62,801 nucleotides of DNA, filler included, from Phoronis australis (GCA_002633005.1; 6 parts of 6 records of this genome joined end to end with filler, not necessarily neighbours in it); one strand, 5' to 3'; positions 26,875 through 40,884 are shown, numbered from the whole stretch's first letter. The notes: a model not told the origin generated them from the letters alone. Made by a program: numbers and translations.

Positions 26875-27908
26875 AGGAGCATGCCTCCCAAAAAAACCTA
26901 ATTTGTATCAATTTAGATCGAGTAGCTCCACTCCATAACGACACGTACGGCTGCGTTACCTGACACCTGACGGCAGACGGAGGTGTTGAAATTATCCATT
27001 GACGTCATCGGTTTCACACGCAGTCTGTTCAGCAGTTCACAACACTGGTTACTGGTGTCAGCTTATCGCTTGAAGTCATCGTTTAACATTAATAAATCAT
27101 CAAACTTCGATGTAAATCCCTTAAAAATACACCGAGTTGTTATAAAAACGTATTGTTTTATTTCGCTCTTACGGATTTATTGGTATTTGGACACACCGTA
27201 GCCTACAAAGTTCGGCAGGCCAACAAGGTCCGTAACAGGAGTTTGGGGTCTGTTCGGAGATAATTTCGAAGTATTTTTCGTGGAGATACAGACAGGAGAA
27301 CCTAGATCTGTGTTGTTTAGACTAATGATTTTCTGAGTTCTAAACACAAAACGCCTGTTATCCTGGCTAGTGGCTCGGAGCCCGATCAAGCCGGTCGCGG
27401 CCGGCCGGATCGACTTCATTGTTATCCCGGCCACTGGCTCGGAAACTGATCAGACATTACGAACATAAACCAGCCAAAGTTCAGTGGAAACTAAACTTCG
27501 AGTCAAGAAAATACTATACTAGTGAGCCAAAGTAATGTGCACGTGATTATGTTGGTGAATTAGCCACGAAACTGCAAATCTACTTACTCGTCCGGGGCCG
27601 TGAATTCACTCGGCGGGTTCCGCTATGGCCACAGCACCGTCTGGGCAGAAGTTGTATATTGACAATCATTATTTGAGTAATGTAATCGTAAATAAAGATT
27701 CACCTAACACCTAGCCGTGGGATGGAAATCGAGTTGTTTCACAACACTTTCTGCCAGCAAACGCTAAATTAGCATGAGCTCACACGGCCTCGGTGTCCCG
27801 TCAATTAGTTTTATTGCACCTAAAGCCGGTAAGGCAGTGATTTATTCATTGCTGGCTTCTTAAATCCTTTGCAATCACAAATACTCCAAAGGCATTACAA
27901 ATTGCACC
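26875..27908 (-). mobile_element. Partial inverted copy of the 16984-18676 Kolobok-type element
   Basis: TTAA|AGGAGCATGCCTCCC start. Collinear reverse complement of ~17628-18676 until interrupted by another repeat. Confidence 0.85.
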
Positions 27909-27909
27909 T

Positions 27910-28059
27910 CCCAGATAGCATGCTGTCGGTGGTCCAACGTCGGTCCGACGACTCACGTTACGTCGGGCCAACGTTGGTGTCTGACGTCGGACCAACGTGA
28001 TTTTGTCCATCGGATGAACGTTGTAACAACGTCGTAAGAACGTCGCTGTCGGGCCGCCG
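27910..28059. mobile_element. End of a CCCAG-terminal MITE with ACGTYGG subrepeats, nested in the previous element
   Basis: cccagatagcatg followed by repeated aacgtcgg / aacgttgg. Homology to 17.6 kb stops abruptly here. Confidence 0.5.
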
Positions 28060-28159
28060 NNNNNNNNNNNNNNNNNNNNNNNNNNNNNNNNNNNNNNNNN
28101 NNNTTAATTAATTAANNNNNNNNNNNNNNNNNNNNNNNNNNNNNNNNNNNNNNNNNNNN
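28060..28159. other. Artificial contig spacer
   Basis: 44 N + TTAATTAATTAA + 44 N. Confidence 0.97.
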
Positions 28160-28318
28160 AAGTTTCTTGCTCGACACAAGTAGCAGTGACCGTGATGTTG
28201 TGATCGGGCAGCTCGTAACCATCTTCACATGTGAAAGTTACTGATGTGTTCACGTTGACAGTGGTGTTCTCTGTGATTCTGGTGCTGAACTCCGGTATTG
28301 GAACTGTGCAAGTCATCA
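28160..28318 (-). CDS. Sushi exon type A (A1), truncated by gap
   Basis: ttttcag acceptor; MTCTVPIPEFSTRITENTTVNVNTSVTFTCEDGYELPDHNITVTATCVEQET. Confidence 0.8.
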
Positions 28319-29476
28319 CTGAAAAATGAATGCGAGTCAAGTAATACGATACAGAATTAAAATGTCATTTTCAACTACACTCATGATCAACGTATATCTG
28401 TAGAAGCAGCAACGAGGCTTCTAATTTTACATGAAAGTTCATTATGCTGTGTTTATGATGATGTTTGCTGACGACCGGACAGGCATGCAAGCAGGGATCT
28501 CTGAGCTAAGAAACACCCACGTAAGAAGGCCTATATAGTTCTATCCGAAACTATTCTGATTTTAAAAAATGCTCAAGTATTTTGCATATAGGTGTCTGCA
28601 AAGCACAGCCGGCACACCTTTGAATATATCCAACACTTAAATTCAGAATATTCCGTTTGTTTTTCGAACTATGGCTTTCACTTTGAGGCCACATAAGGTA
28701 AAAATATCAGAAACACAAACGAAATTAAACCTGACTTTATCTTAACCGAACTTGAGAGCGTAAATGTATTTAAAAATGTTGCCGTTATCAATCAGAGACG
28801 TTGAGGTAAATCGCCATTTTTACACTGTGCACGCCAGGGAATATGACGTCATACCCCCCACGGAGCGCAGTGTTAAAATGTCGAGTTAATGATTTTGGGA
28901 ATTGAAAGAAGGACTGCTCCAAGAACAAGTTTGAAAGCAGCAGTATTTCTTGGAGTTGGAACGTATGAAATACACTGACGGTCCCTAAGGTGTCAGTCTG
29001 TGCTCAACAGGTATTTATAACAACGTGACTTTGATGTTTTAGTGAGTGTGAGTCAAAATTTGCCGAAAAGCTTCCGGCGTATGAAGCTCCTATAGGAGCT
29101 CCACCGTCTCAAGTGACCCGGACTCAGTAACTACAGTGCGTCAATCGAAATTTGTAAGCACTAATGACGCAGGAAGTCGTCCTAAAATTATTGCCGAATA
29201 CATGACAAAATTGCACCCAGTTTCGAATTCGAATTTGTTACAAAATTGTAAAATAACTAAATAATGATATTGGAGATACCAACGGCACTTTGCTGTGCAG
29301 GGAGCATGAAATCGTTCGAAGCGTCATCGAGTCTTGCGGTGTACGAAGCTCAGGGCTTATAAGGACGAAATAACTTGAATTAAACATTGGAAAATGGAAC
29401 ACTCGTGAAAATCTTTTGGTTATCCTAACGGTTAACAATGGCGATTTGATAACATTTATTTTCCCAAACAACAAAC

Positions 29477-29662
29477 CCGTGCAATTGTTGACCGGTTTAG
29501 ACCAAGTTTCATGCTCGACACAAGTAGCAGTGACCGTGATGTTGTGATCTGGCAGCTCGTAACCATCATCACATGTGAAAGTTATTGATGTGTTCACGTT
29601 GACAGTGGTGTTCTCTGTGCTTCTGGCGCTGAACTCCGGTATTGGAACTGTGCATGTCATCA
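29477..29662 (-). CDS. Sushi exon type A (A2)
   Basis: 186 bp, AG/GT, phase 1-1; C..P...F.C..GY.L...C....W......C consensus. Confidence 0.85.
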
Positions 29663-30816
29663 CTGAAAAATGAATGCCAAGCAATACGAGACTGAATTAA
29701 AATGTCATTATCAAACACATACATGATAAACGTATAGCTGAAGAAGCAGCGATGGGGCTTCTAATTTTACATGAAATTTCATTATAGCGTGTTAATGATG
29801 ACGTTTGCTGACGACCAGACAGGCATGCAGGCAGGGATCTCTGAGCTATTAAACACGCACGCAAGAAGGCCTATGTAGTTCTATCCGAAACTACTCCGAA
29901 CTTGAAAAATGCTCAACTGTTTTGCATATAGGTGTTTGCAAAGCACAGACGGCACCCCTTTGAATATATCCAACACTTAAATTCAGTATATTCCGTTTGT
30001 TTTTCGAACTATGGCTTTCACTTTGAGGCCAAATAAGGTAAAAATATCAGAAACACAAACGAAATTAAACCTGACTTTATCTTAACCGAACTTGAGAGCG
30101 TAAATGTATTTAAAAATGTTGCCGTTATCAATCAGAGACGTTGAGGTAAATCGCCATTTTTACACTGTGCACGCCAGGGAATATGACGTCATACCCCCCA
30201 CGGAGCGCAGTGTTAAAATGTCGAGTTAATGATTTTGGGAATTGAAAGAAGGACTGCTCCAAGAACAAGTTTGAAAGCAGCAGTATTTCTTGGAGTTGGA
30301 ACGTATGAAATACACTGACGGTCCCTAAGGTGTCAGTCTGTGCTCAACAGGTATTTATAACAACGTGACTTTGATGTTTTAGTGAGTGTGAGTCAAAATT
30401 TGCCGAAAAGCTTCCGGCGTATGAAGCTCCTATAGGAGCTCCACCGTCTCAAGTGACCCGGACTCAGTAACTACAGTGCGTCAATCGAAATTTGTAAGCA
30501 ATAATGACGCAGGAAGTCGTCCTAAAATTATTGCCCAATACATGACAAAATTGCACCCAGTTTCGAATTCGAATTTGTTACAAAATTGTAAAATAACTAA
30601 ATAATGATATTGGAGATACCAACGGCACTTTGCAGTGCAGGGAGCATGAAATCGTTCGAAGCGTCATCGAGTCTTGCGGTGTACGAAGCTCAGGGCTTAT
30701 AAGGACGAAATAACTTGAATTAAACATTGGAAAATGGAACACTCGTGAAAATCTTTTGGTTATCCTAACGGTTAACAATGGCGATTTGATAACATTTATT
30801 TTCCCAAACAACAAAC

Positions 30817-31002
30817 CCGTGCAATTGTTGACCGGTTTAGACCAAGTTTCATGCTCGACACAAGTAGCAGTGACCGTGATGTTGTGATCTGGCAGCTCGT
30901 AACCATCATCACATGTGAAAGTTATTGATGTGTTCACGTTGACAGTGGTGTTCTCTGTGCTTCTGGCGCTGAACTCCGGTATTGGAACTGTGCATGTCAT
31001 CA
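30817..31002 (-). CDS. Sushi exon type A (A3), same peptide as A2
   Basis: 186 bp, AG/GT, 1340 bp from A2. Confidence 0.85.
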
Positions 31003-32523
31003 CTGAAAAATGAATGCCAAGCAATACGAGACTGAATTAAAATGTCATTATCAAACACATACATGATAAACGTATAGCTGAAGAAGCAGCGATGGGGCTT
31101 CTAATTTTACATGAAATTTCATTATAGCGTGTTAATGATGACGTTTGCTGACGACCAGACAGGCATGCAGGCAGGGATCTCTGAGCTATTAAACACGCAC
31201 GCAAGAAGGCCTATGTAGTTCTATCCGAAACTACTCCGAACTTGAAAAATGCTCAACTGTTTTGCATATAGGTGTTTGCAAAGCACAGACGGCACCCCTT
31301 TGAATATATCCAACACTTAAATTCAGTATATTCCGTTTGTTTTTCGAACTATGGCTTTCACTTTGAGGCCAAATAAGGTAAAAATATCAGAAACACAAAC
31401 GAAATTAAACCTGACTTTATCTTACCCGAACTTCAGAGCGCAAATGTATTTAAAAGATCTTTCCGTTATCAATCAGAGACGTTGAGGTAAATCGCCATTT
31501 TTACACTGTGCACGCCAGGGAATGCGACGTCATACCCCCTGCGGCGCGCAGTGTTATAATGGCGATTTAACAATTCTGGGAATTGAAAGAAGGACTGCTC
31601 CAAGAACAAGTTTGAAAGCAGCAGTATTTCTTGGAGTTGGAACGTATAAAATACACTGACGATCCCTAAGGTGTCAGTCTGTGGTCAACAGGTATTTATA
31701 ACAACGTGACTTTGATGTTTTAGTGAGTGTGAGTCATAATTTGCCGAAAAGCTTCCGGCGTATGAAGCTCCTATAGGAGCTCCACCGTCTCTACTGGGCC
31801 AGCATGAGACAGTGATCACCGTGTAGAGGTAATGTGCGTTCATCTGAACTCTGCCAATAAAAGTGAGTTCATCATCATCACACCTGTTGTCGGAATTTTT
31901 GAATGACGGAGGCTTTTGTCAGGCTGACAAACATCTCACACTCATCTCATCAATTTTATCCATTTTTTCAGCCAGTCGGTTATACAACAAAGCGAAAATT
32001 AAATCGTTAAGAAATCAAAACGGCTAAGCTTTGGTTTACCTGTGGTATTATTTCAATTACTGGTGACATTTTAGTTGATCATATACATTGGCCTCGCATA
32101 CGGTGGATAGTACGCATGCAGCATTTCAAGGTAGTTACCTGCCTTCATAACAACTAGTCAGATTTCGACGAACGAATTTTAAAGACTAATATGCTGCTCA
32201 TATAATCTCATATTTTTCTTAAAGAAAACTTTATACACAAGGAAACTATACACGAATATCTGTAGTCACAGAGTGGTGATTTTTTCTGAAATTGTAATTC
32301 TTTATAGAAATTGAGGTAATTTGCACGCGTACACGTTAGTAAAGCTCAATTGTTGATTTTGTTAATGCATTTGATTTTCTACAATGGCATGGATGTAAGT
32401 TTGTTTTAAACACGTTTGGGCTAGTACTTAAAACTGCAGCTTCTTAGACATAATTAAACAACAGGCTATCCTACTTTTTTGTATATAGGCTGACACATCA
32501 CAGAAAAAACGAAAGAACTGATC

Positions 32524-32732
32524 CCCACATGACGTACTATGATCACTCCAGTTTTCATGGCCGACACAAGACATGGTTCATTCCCTAGATTTGCCGAAAA
32601 CTGGAATTTCGTTTGACAAGTAAAAGTTACAGCAATCCTATAGGGCCATATAGGTGGTCTGTGTTCACGTCGACGTTAGTACCACTATTGTTATTAGTAC
32701 TGAACTTCGGTGTAGAACTGTGCATGTCATGA
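32524..32732 (-). pseudogene. Chimeric Sushi pseudoexon D1 (A-type 5' part fused to decayed B-type 3' part)
   Basis: Starts MTCTV after ttttcag, then switches to ggccctatag...ggccatgaaaactggagtgatcat. Frameshifted, and the donor position reads GATCAG rather than GTCAG. Confidence 0.7.
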
Positions 32733-33044
32733 CTGAAAAATGAGTGTGGAGTCAAGTGATACCATGCGGATTTAAAACGCCATTATCAAAACATCCCATA
32801 GGTTGCGGTCAAATGTAGAAAACTGTATTGACGTACCCACGACTGATAGTAATTAGGTGATTAGTGAAGAGCGCTCTGTAATGACATTGAATGTTACTAA
32901 AGGTGTTTGTGGGTTTACCGACTACCGGACAAGCACACAGGTAGGAAAATGTAACTTTAAATGAACCTAGTGATTAAGCATATACGTAAATGCATGAATA
33001 TATATGTGAAATAATTTGTTACTTGAAAAATGCTCACATGTTTT

Positions 33045-33777
33045 TCCTCTATTCGTGAGACGATAATTAGTACATCCCGGTACGCGGCTACAGTGTGGCA
33101 TATTGAGAGACTCGTAAACAAAAGCAAACGACGACCTAACTTATGACAACCGAGGTAGATCAATGAATGACTCGACAGCCCTCATAGTCAGATTATATGA
33201 AAAAAATAGGCGTGAACTTCTTGCCTCCCAAAACGTCACTTCAGCAGTAAAGAACGAATAATTAATGAAATTACAAAAAGATGTAATTAAGTGGAAAATA
33301 TGTCTTGGATAACCAACAAACATTTGTGCTAAAAATGACATGCAAAAAGGTTGCCTTCACCTTAAAATGCATCTTCTGATTAGGCATATATGTAAGCGCA
33401 TGTAATTATATGTGAAATAATGTGTTTCTTGAAAAATGCTCACATGTTGTTCCTCTATTCGTGAGATGATATTTAGTACACCCCGGTACACGGCAACAGT
33501 GTGGCATTTTGACTGACTCGTAAACAAAAGCAAACGACGACCTAACTTATGACAAAAGAGGTAGATCAATGACTGACTCGACAGCCCTAATACATGTAGT
33601 TAGATTGTATGAAAAGAAATAGGCGTGAACTTCTTGCCTCCCAAAACGTCACTTCCGGAGTAGAGAACCAATAATTAATGAAATTACAAAAAGATGTAAT
33701 TAAGTAAAAAATATGTCTTGGATAACCAACAAACATTATTTGTGCTAAAATGACATGCAAAAAGGTGGCCTTCGCCT
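33045..33777. mobile_element. Two tandem solo arms of the 5902-7222 element inside a Sushi intron
   Basis: Both match 6900-7222 (gtgagacgataa...aaaggttgccttc.cct), with ~410-bp period. Confidence 0.8.
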
Positions 33778-34722
33778 TAAAATGTATCTACTGATCAAGC
33801 ATATATGTAAGCACATGTAATTATATGTGAAATAATGTGTTTCTTGAAAAATGCTCACAGGTTTTGAATATACATGTAAGTGTGTGCAATTAAGCTCACC
33901 TGTATATACAGTTGGCAATCCTTTGAAAATACTCATGTCTTAAAATTGGTAAATTTCTTGTGTTGTTAAGTCGTTGGTTCTTTTAATTCTTCAATTTGTT
34001 TAAAAATTTAGAAATAGTCGACGTCAACTACCATATAGTTAACAAATCAAGTTTGACTACCTCAATAATTTGAAGCGGTGTTTGTCGACTTTACAAATGT
34101 TTTTCACACATAGGTGAAGGCAAATAATTTGAGATGTATAAGCAACATGTCCTTTTTGCACATAGGTGCAAATAAAAGCATATCATGTTCATATGATGAT
34201 TCAAAATTTACCCAATTGGATTGCATGTGTACAAAACTGATCGTGGAACATTTCCGTTCTTTTTGAAATAATGCCAAAATACAAGAAATATTTACTGAGG
34301 GTTGTGCGTTGCTTGATGACACACAAGGCAAATGCATCCTTTCGAGCACTGCCGATAAAGGTGAGCTCGTCATCATCGCAAATCAATTTTTAAAACCTTT
34401 GAATGTCTCAGTTGTTCCTATGGCTGAAAAACATAGCACACTCATCATAAAAATACAGTATGCATCAGGATATACTACACAAATATTTGTGGTAATTTTT
34501 TATAAAAATCGCTGCAATTTGCACGCTTGCACGTTTGTACACCTGAATTGCTGATTTTTGATCCATTTGATTACCTACAATGACGTCCCTCTACTAAGTT
34601 GTATTTTAAGGACTTTTAGTCAAATTACTGAATAATGCATCAGGAGGGACATAATCAAACTCTAGACGAGACTGTTTTCTCTCTTTCTGCATCCACATCA
34701 CAAAAAAAATGGAAGAACTGAC

Positions 34723-34908
34723 CTTCACAAGAGGATACATGATCACTCCACTTTTCATGGCCGTCACAATATGAGATTCGTTCCCTGGATTTGTCCGGAA
34801 AATGGAATTTCGGTTGACACGTGAAATTTACTGCAGTCCCGTAAGGCACGGTAAGCGATGATACATTATTAGCAGCATTTTGGACTGTAGGGACGGTGCA
34901 CTTGGTTA
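34723..34908 (-). CDS. Sushi exon type B (B1)
   Basis: 186 bp, ctttcag acceptor, G|gtcagt donor; VTKCTVPTVQNAANNVSSLTVPYGTAVNFTCQPKFHFPDKSRERISYCDGHEKWSDHVSSCE. Confidence 0.85.
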
Positions 34909-35788
34909 CTGAAAGGAGAATAAGCAAAGAAAAATGGCTGTCAGTGTCCCAAATGGTGTATTCAGTGAATTTTTTTCCGAGAACGTCGGTTGTGCATAGT
35001 TTGAAATTCCTCTATTTGTTATGATAATATTAGTATTTTCAGGGTGGCATCGAAACGATTGCAAGGAAAACATGAACATGAGAGAATTGATGTACAGAGT
35101 CTCAAATACGCGGTGTTTTTATCTGGGCAGTCTACATGTATGTGGTGAATACAATTTTCTTTACTTAATAATGTAGATGGGTGACAGGGGCTTCTCGTTT
35201 GTTAAAGTGCTATCTCAATTGGACAAAACGACCACATGCAAAAAAAATCGTAATCTTCAGTTGATATTCATAATTTTTTCTTGGAGATTTACTATGTTCT
35301 GCCGTGGGGCTAAAGGTGCTGTTTTGGTCAGGACCACCAGTTTTTTTCGGCTGGTCTGCATTTTGCCGGACAGTGTTAAAATCCGAAAACAATGGGTATA
35401 ATTCAAATACTCTGCATGCCTCAAGTGACCCGGACTCAGTAACTAGAGTACGTCAATCGAAGTTTGTAAGCACAAATGACGGAGGAAGTCGTCCTAAAAT
35501 TATTGTCGCATACATCACAAAATTGCAGCTAGTTTTGAATTTGGTGTAAAAATGTAAAATAATTAAATAATGGTATGGAGATACCAACGGCACTTTGCAG
35601 TGCAGGGAGCATGAAATCGTTTGAAGCGTCATCGAGTATTGCCTGGTACGAAGCTCAGGGCTTATAAGGACGAAACTACTTTCTGAAGCAGAAACATAGG
35701 AAAATTGAACACTCGTAAAAATCTTTTGGTTATCGCAATGCTTAACAATCACGATTTGATAGCATGTTGATTTTCCCAAACAACTAAC

Positions 35789-35974
35789 CCGTGCAGTTGT
35801 TGACCTGTTTAGACCAAGTTTCCTGCTCGACACAAGTAACAGTGACCGTGACGTTGTGATTGGGCAGCTCGTAACCATTATCACATGTGAAAGTTAATGT
35901 TGTGTTCACGTTGACAGTGGTGTTCTCTGTGCTTCTGGCGCTGAACTCCGGTATTGGAACTGTGCATGTCATCA
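35789..35974 (-). CDS. Sushi exon type A (A4)
   Basis: 186 bp, AG/GT, four Cys and the Trp intact. Confidence 0.85.
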
Positions 35975-37505
35975 CTGAAAATTGAGTGCGAGTCAAGTAA
36001 TACGATACGGAATTAAAATGTCATTTTCAACCACACACATGATCAACCTACAGCTGAAGTAGCAGCGCTGGGCCTTCTAGTTTTACATAAAAGAACATTA
36101 TACTGTGTTTATTATGATGTTTGCTGACGACCGGACTGGCATGCAGGCAGGGATCTCTGAGCTAACAAACACGCACGTAAGAAGGCCTAGGTAGTTCTAT
36201 CCGAAACTACTCTGAACTTGAAAAAGCTCAAGGGTTTTGCATATAGGTGTTTACAAAGCACAGCTGGCACCCCCTTGAATATATCCAGCACTTAAGTTCA
36301 GTGTATTTCGTTTGTTTTTCGAACTACATGTATGGCTTTCACTTTGAGGACAAATAACGTAAAAAAATCAGAAACACAAATGAATTTAAACCTGACTTTA
36401 TCTTGCCCGAATTTGGGAACGCAAATGTATTTAAAATAGTTTGCCGTTATCAATCAGAGACGTTGAGGTAAATCGCCATTTTTACACTGTGCACGTCAGG
36501 GAATACGACGTCATACCCCCTTCGGCGCGCAGTGTTAGAATGGCGAGTTATTGATTTTGGGAATTGAAAGAAAGACTGCTCTAAGAACAAGTTTGAAAGC
36601 AGCGGTATTTCTTAGAGTTGGAACGTATAAAATACCCTGACTGTCCCTTAAGTTGTCAGTCTGTGCTCAACAGGTATTTGTAATAACGTGACTTTGATGT
36701 TTTAGTGAGTGTGAGTCATAATTTGCCAAAAAGCTTCCAGCGTATGAAGCTCCTTTAGGATCTCCACCGTCTCTACTGGGCCAGCATGAGACAGTGATCA
36801 TTGTGTAGAGGTAATGTGCGTTCATCTGAACTCTGCCAGTAAAACTGAGTTCATCATCATCACACCTGTTGTCGGAATTTTTGAATGACGGAGGATTTTG
36901 TCAGGCTGACAAACATCTCACACTCATCTCATCAATTGTTATCCACTTTTTTCAGCCAGTCGGTTATACAACAAAGCGAACATTAAATCGTTAAGAAATC
37001 AAAACGGCTAAGCTTTGGTTTACCTAGGGTATTATTTCAATTACTGGTGACATTTTAGTTGATTATATACATTGGCCTCTCATACGGTGGATAGCACGCA
37101 TGCAGCCTTTCAAGGAAGTTACCTGCCTTCATAACAACTGGTCAGATTTCGTCGAACGGATTTTAAAGACTAATATGCTGCTCATATAATCTCATATTTT
37201 TTTAAAGAAAACGGTATACACAAGGAAACAATACACGAATATCTGTAGTCACAGAGTGGTGATTTTTTCTGAAAATAGAAGTCTTTATAGAAATTGAGGC
37301 AATTTGCACGCGTACACGTTAGTAAACCTCAATTGTTGATTTTGTTAATGCATTTGATTATCTACAATGGCATGGGTGTAAGTTTGTTTTAAAGACTTTT
37401 GGGCTACTTCTTAAAACTGCAGCTGCATAGACATAGTTAAACAACAGGCTATCGCACATTTTGTCTAAAGGCTGGCACATCACATAAAAAACGAAAGATC
37501 TGATC

Positions 37506-37689
37506 CCCACAAGATGTAAAATGATCACTCCAGGTTTCATGGCCGAAACAAGACATGGTTCATTCCCTAGATTTGCCAGAAACTGAAATTTCGTTTGACA
37601 TGCAAAAGTTACAGCAATACTGTAGGGCCATTTAGGTGACTACAAATTGATAGCATCTTTGTGGACTGTAGGATCAATGTACTTGGTTA
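37506..37689 (-). pseudogene. Decayed B-like Sushi pseudoexon C1
   Basis: VTKYIDPTVHKDAINL*: Cys1 changed to Tyr, TAG stop, later frameshift, donor lost. Confidence 0.75.
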
Positions 37690-38639
37690 CTGAAAGGACA
37701 GTACTGAATGGTAAATTGAAGCCAATGTCCGAATCGGTCTTGAATAATTTGAAAATTCTCTGTTTGTTACCACATTTTCATTTATTGCAATAATGCAAGG
37801 AAACGGTCGCAAGGAAATTCTGACCAAATGTAATTTGACCTATAGAACATCAAATGTACATTCTAATTTGGACATTGTATGGAGAAAAGAAAATGATCTA
37901 TACATAGATAGATGGTGGAGGGTTTCTTGTTTCTAACAAAGCGATTTCAGTTTGTCAAAATTACCAAATGCAAACCAAACATCGTTATCTACTGCTGGGT
38001 TTGAAATACATTCGTGCACATTTACTGTGCTTGGCCCTAGGCTTAGAGATGTTATGTTGGTCAGTACACGAGATTTGATCAGCTGCTTTGCATTTTATCT
38101 GTGTTTAAATCTGAAAACGAAGGGTATTATTCAAGACAAAACAAGTGGTAATTGCACCGTACTCTGCAGGCGTCACGAGACCCGACCTCAGCAATATTAC
38201 AGTGCTTCAAAAGAAATATCTATGAACCAATGACGAAGGAAGCAGTCCTGAAATTATTACCGTAAATCCATGAGAAAATTACACCCCATTTTGAATTTGA
38301 TACGGAATTGCAAAGCAATTGGATTATGTACAGTGTTGGACATAAAGAACTTTTGCATTGTGGGAATCACGAAAGTGTTAGACTTAATTTCTAGTTCTGG
38401 TCTGTAGGAAGGTCAGGGTTTTACAGAGACAAACAGAGTACTCTCAGAATCACGATCATTGGAAAATTGAACATTTTAGTGAGAAACTATTGATTATCCA
38501 GCCGCTCTACAATGAAAAGTGAAAGAATATGGTTCGTTAAGTTTTCATAAAAGACAAAGCCAGGAAATCTCAGTCGCATGGAGGTGTGCAGAAGTCCACC
38601 AACCATCTATACTACACTTACAACAAGGTGTTACGTTTG

Positions 38640-38903
38640 GCTTGTTGACTGACTTGTAAACAAAAGCAAACGACGACGTAACTTATGACAACTGAGGTAG
38701 ATCAATGACTGACTCGACAGCCCTCAAAGTCAGATTATATGAAAAGAATAGGCGTGAACTTCTTGCCTCCCAAAACGTCAGTTCCGGAGAAGAGAACGAA
38801 TAATTAATGAAATTACAAAAAGGTGTAAACAAGTGGAATATATGTCTTGGATAACCAACGAACATTATTTGTGCTAAAATGACATGCAAAAAGTTTGCCT
38901 TCG
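38640..38903. mobile_element. Solo arm fragment of the 5902-7222 element
   Basis: gttgactgacttgtaaacaaaagcaaacgacg...aaagtttgccttcg matches 6960-7220. Confidence 0.75.
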
Positions 38904-39833
38904 ACGTAGACTGGTTAGGCATATCCGAAGTACATGTATTTATATGTGAAATAATTTTTTTCTTGAAAATGTTCACATGTTTTGAATATAAGCGCCTGCA
39001 ATTAAGATCACCTGTATATACAGGTGGCAATCCCTTGAAAGTACTCGTGTCTTAAAATCGGCAAATTTCTTGTGTTGTTAAGTCGTTGGTTTTTAATTCT
39101 TCAATTTGTTTAAAAATTTAGAACAAGTCGATGTCAACCACATTATAGTTAACAAAACAAGTTTGACTACCTCAATAATTTGAAGCGATGTTCGTCGAGT
39201 TTACAACTGTTTTTCACACATAGGTGAAGGCAAATTATTTGGGATGTATAAGCAACATGTCCTGTTGGCACATAGGTGCAAATAAAGGCATATCATGTTC
39301 ATATGATGAGTCAAAAGTTGCCTAGTTTGATTGCATGTGTAAAAAACTGATCATGGAACGTTTGCGTTCTTTTTAGAATAATGCTAAAACACAAGAAATA
39401 CTTATTGAGGGCTTTGCATTGTTTGATGACACATAAGGCAAATGCATCCTTATGAGCACTGCCGATAAAGGTGAGTTCGTCATCATCGCAAATCAATTGT
39501 CAAATCCTTTGAATGTCGCATTTGTTTCTATGACTGACAAATATTGCACACTCATCATAAAATACGGTATCCATCAGGAAATACTGTACAAATACTTGTA
39601 GTCATTTTTTTATAAAAATCGCTGCAATTTGCACACTTGCACGTTTTTACACCTGAATTGCTGATTTTTTGTTCCATATGATTACCTACAATGACGTCCC
39701 TCTACTAAGTTGTGTTTTAATGACTTTTAGTCAAATTACTGAATAATGCATCAGGAGGGACATAATCAAACACTAGACGAGATTGTTTTCTCTCTTTATT
39801 CATCCACATCACAGAAAAAATGGAAGAACTGAC

Positions 39834-40019
39834 CTTCACAACAAGATACATGATCACTCCACTTTTCATGGCCGTCACAATATGTGATTCGTTCCCTGGA
39901 TTTGTCCGGAAAATGGAATTTTGGCTGACACGTAAAATTTACTGCAGTCCCGTAAGGCACGGTAAGCGATGATACATTATTAGCAGCATTTTGGACTGTA
40001 GGGACGGTGCACTTGGTGA
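39834..40019 (-). CDS. Sushi exon type B (B2)
   Basis: 186 bp, AG/GT. Ends SCCE, an extra Cys relative to B1 and B3. Confidence 0.85.
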
Positions 40020-40884
40020 CTGAAAGGAGAATAAGCAAAGAAAAATCGCAGTCAGTGTCCCAAATGGTGTACACAGTGAATTATTACTCCGAGAACATCG
40101 GTTGTGCATCGTTTGAAATTCCTCTATTTGTTATGATAATATTAGTATTTTCAGGGTGGCATCGAAACGATCGCAAGGAAAACGTGACCATGAGTTATTT
40201 GATGTACAGAATCTCAAATACGCGGTGTTTTATATTTGGACTGCCTACATGTACGTGGTCAATACAATTTACTTTACTAAATAATGTAGATGGGTGACAG
40301 GGACTTCTCGATTGTTAAAGGGCTATCTCAATTGGCCAAAACGACCAAATGCAAACAAAAAATTGTAATCTTCAGTTGGTATTCATATTTTTTTCGTGGA
40401 GATTTACTATGTTCGGCCCTGGGGCTAAAGGTGTTGCTTTGGTCAGTATCATCAGTTTTGTTCGGCTGGTCCGCATTTGGCCTAACAGTGTTAAAATCCG
40501 AAAACAATGGGTATAATTAAATAACTCTGCATGCCTCAAGTGACCCGGACTCAGTAACTACAGTGCGTCAATCGACGCAGGAAGTCGTCCTAAAATTATT
40601 GCCGCATACATGATAAAAGTGCACACAGTTTCGAATTTGGTATAAAATTGTAAAATAATTAAATAATGGTATTGGAGATACCAACGGCACTTTGCAGTGC
40701 AGGGAGCATGAAATCGTTCGAAGAGTCATAGACTCTTGCACGGTACGAAGCTCAGGGCTTATGAGGACGAAATAACTTTCTGAATTAAAGCATTGGAAAA
40801 TTGAACACTCGTGAAAATCTTTTGGTTACCCCAACGGTTAACAACGGCGATTTGTTAACATATTGATTTTCCCAAACAACTAAC

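Noticed and set aside
29238-29476. Hydrophobic C-terminal tail of the 148-aa Sushi ORFs as a TM or GPI anchor
   Set aside because: Read-through past a GT donor into intron; the homologous position in A4-A6 is an immediate TAG.
34201-34386. Repeated ORF MICDDDELTFIGS... as a further exon type
   Set aside because: Lies in duplicated intron sequence; no consistent splice sites and the frame is not maintained across copies.
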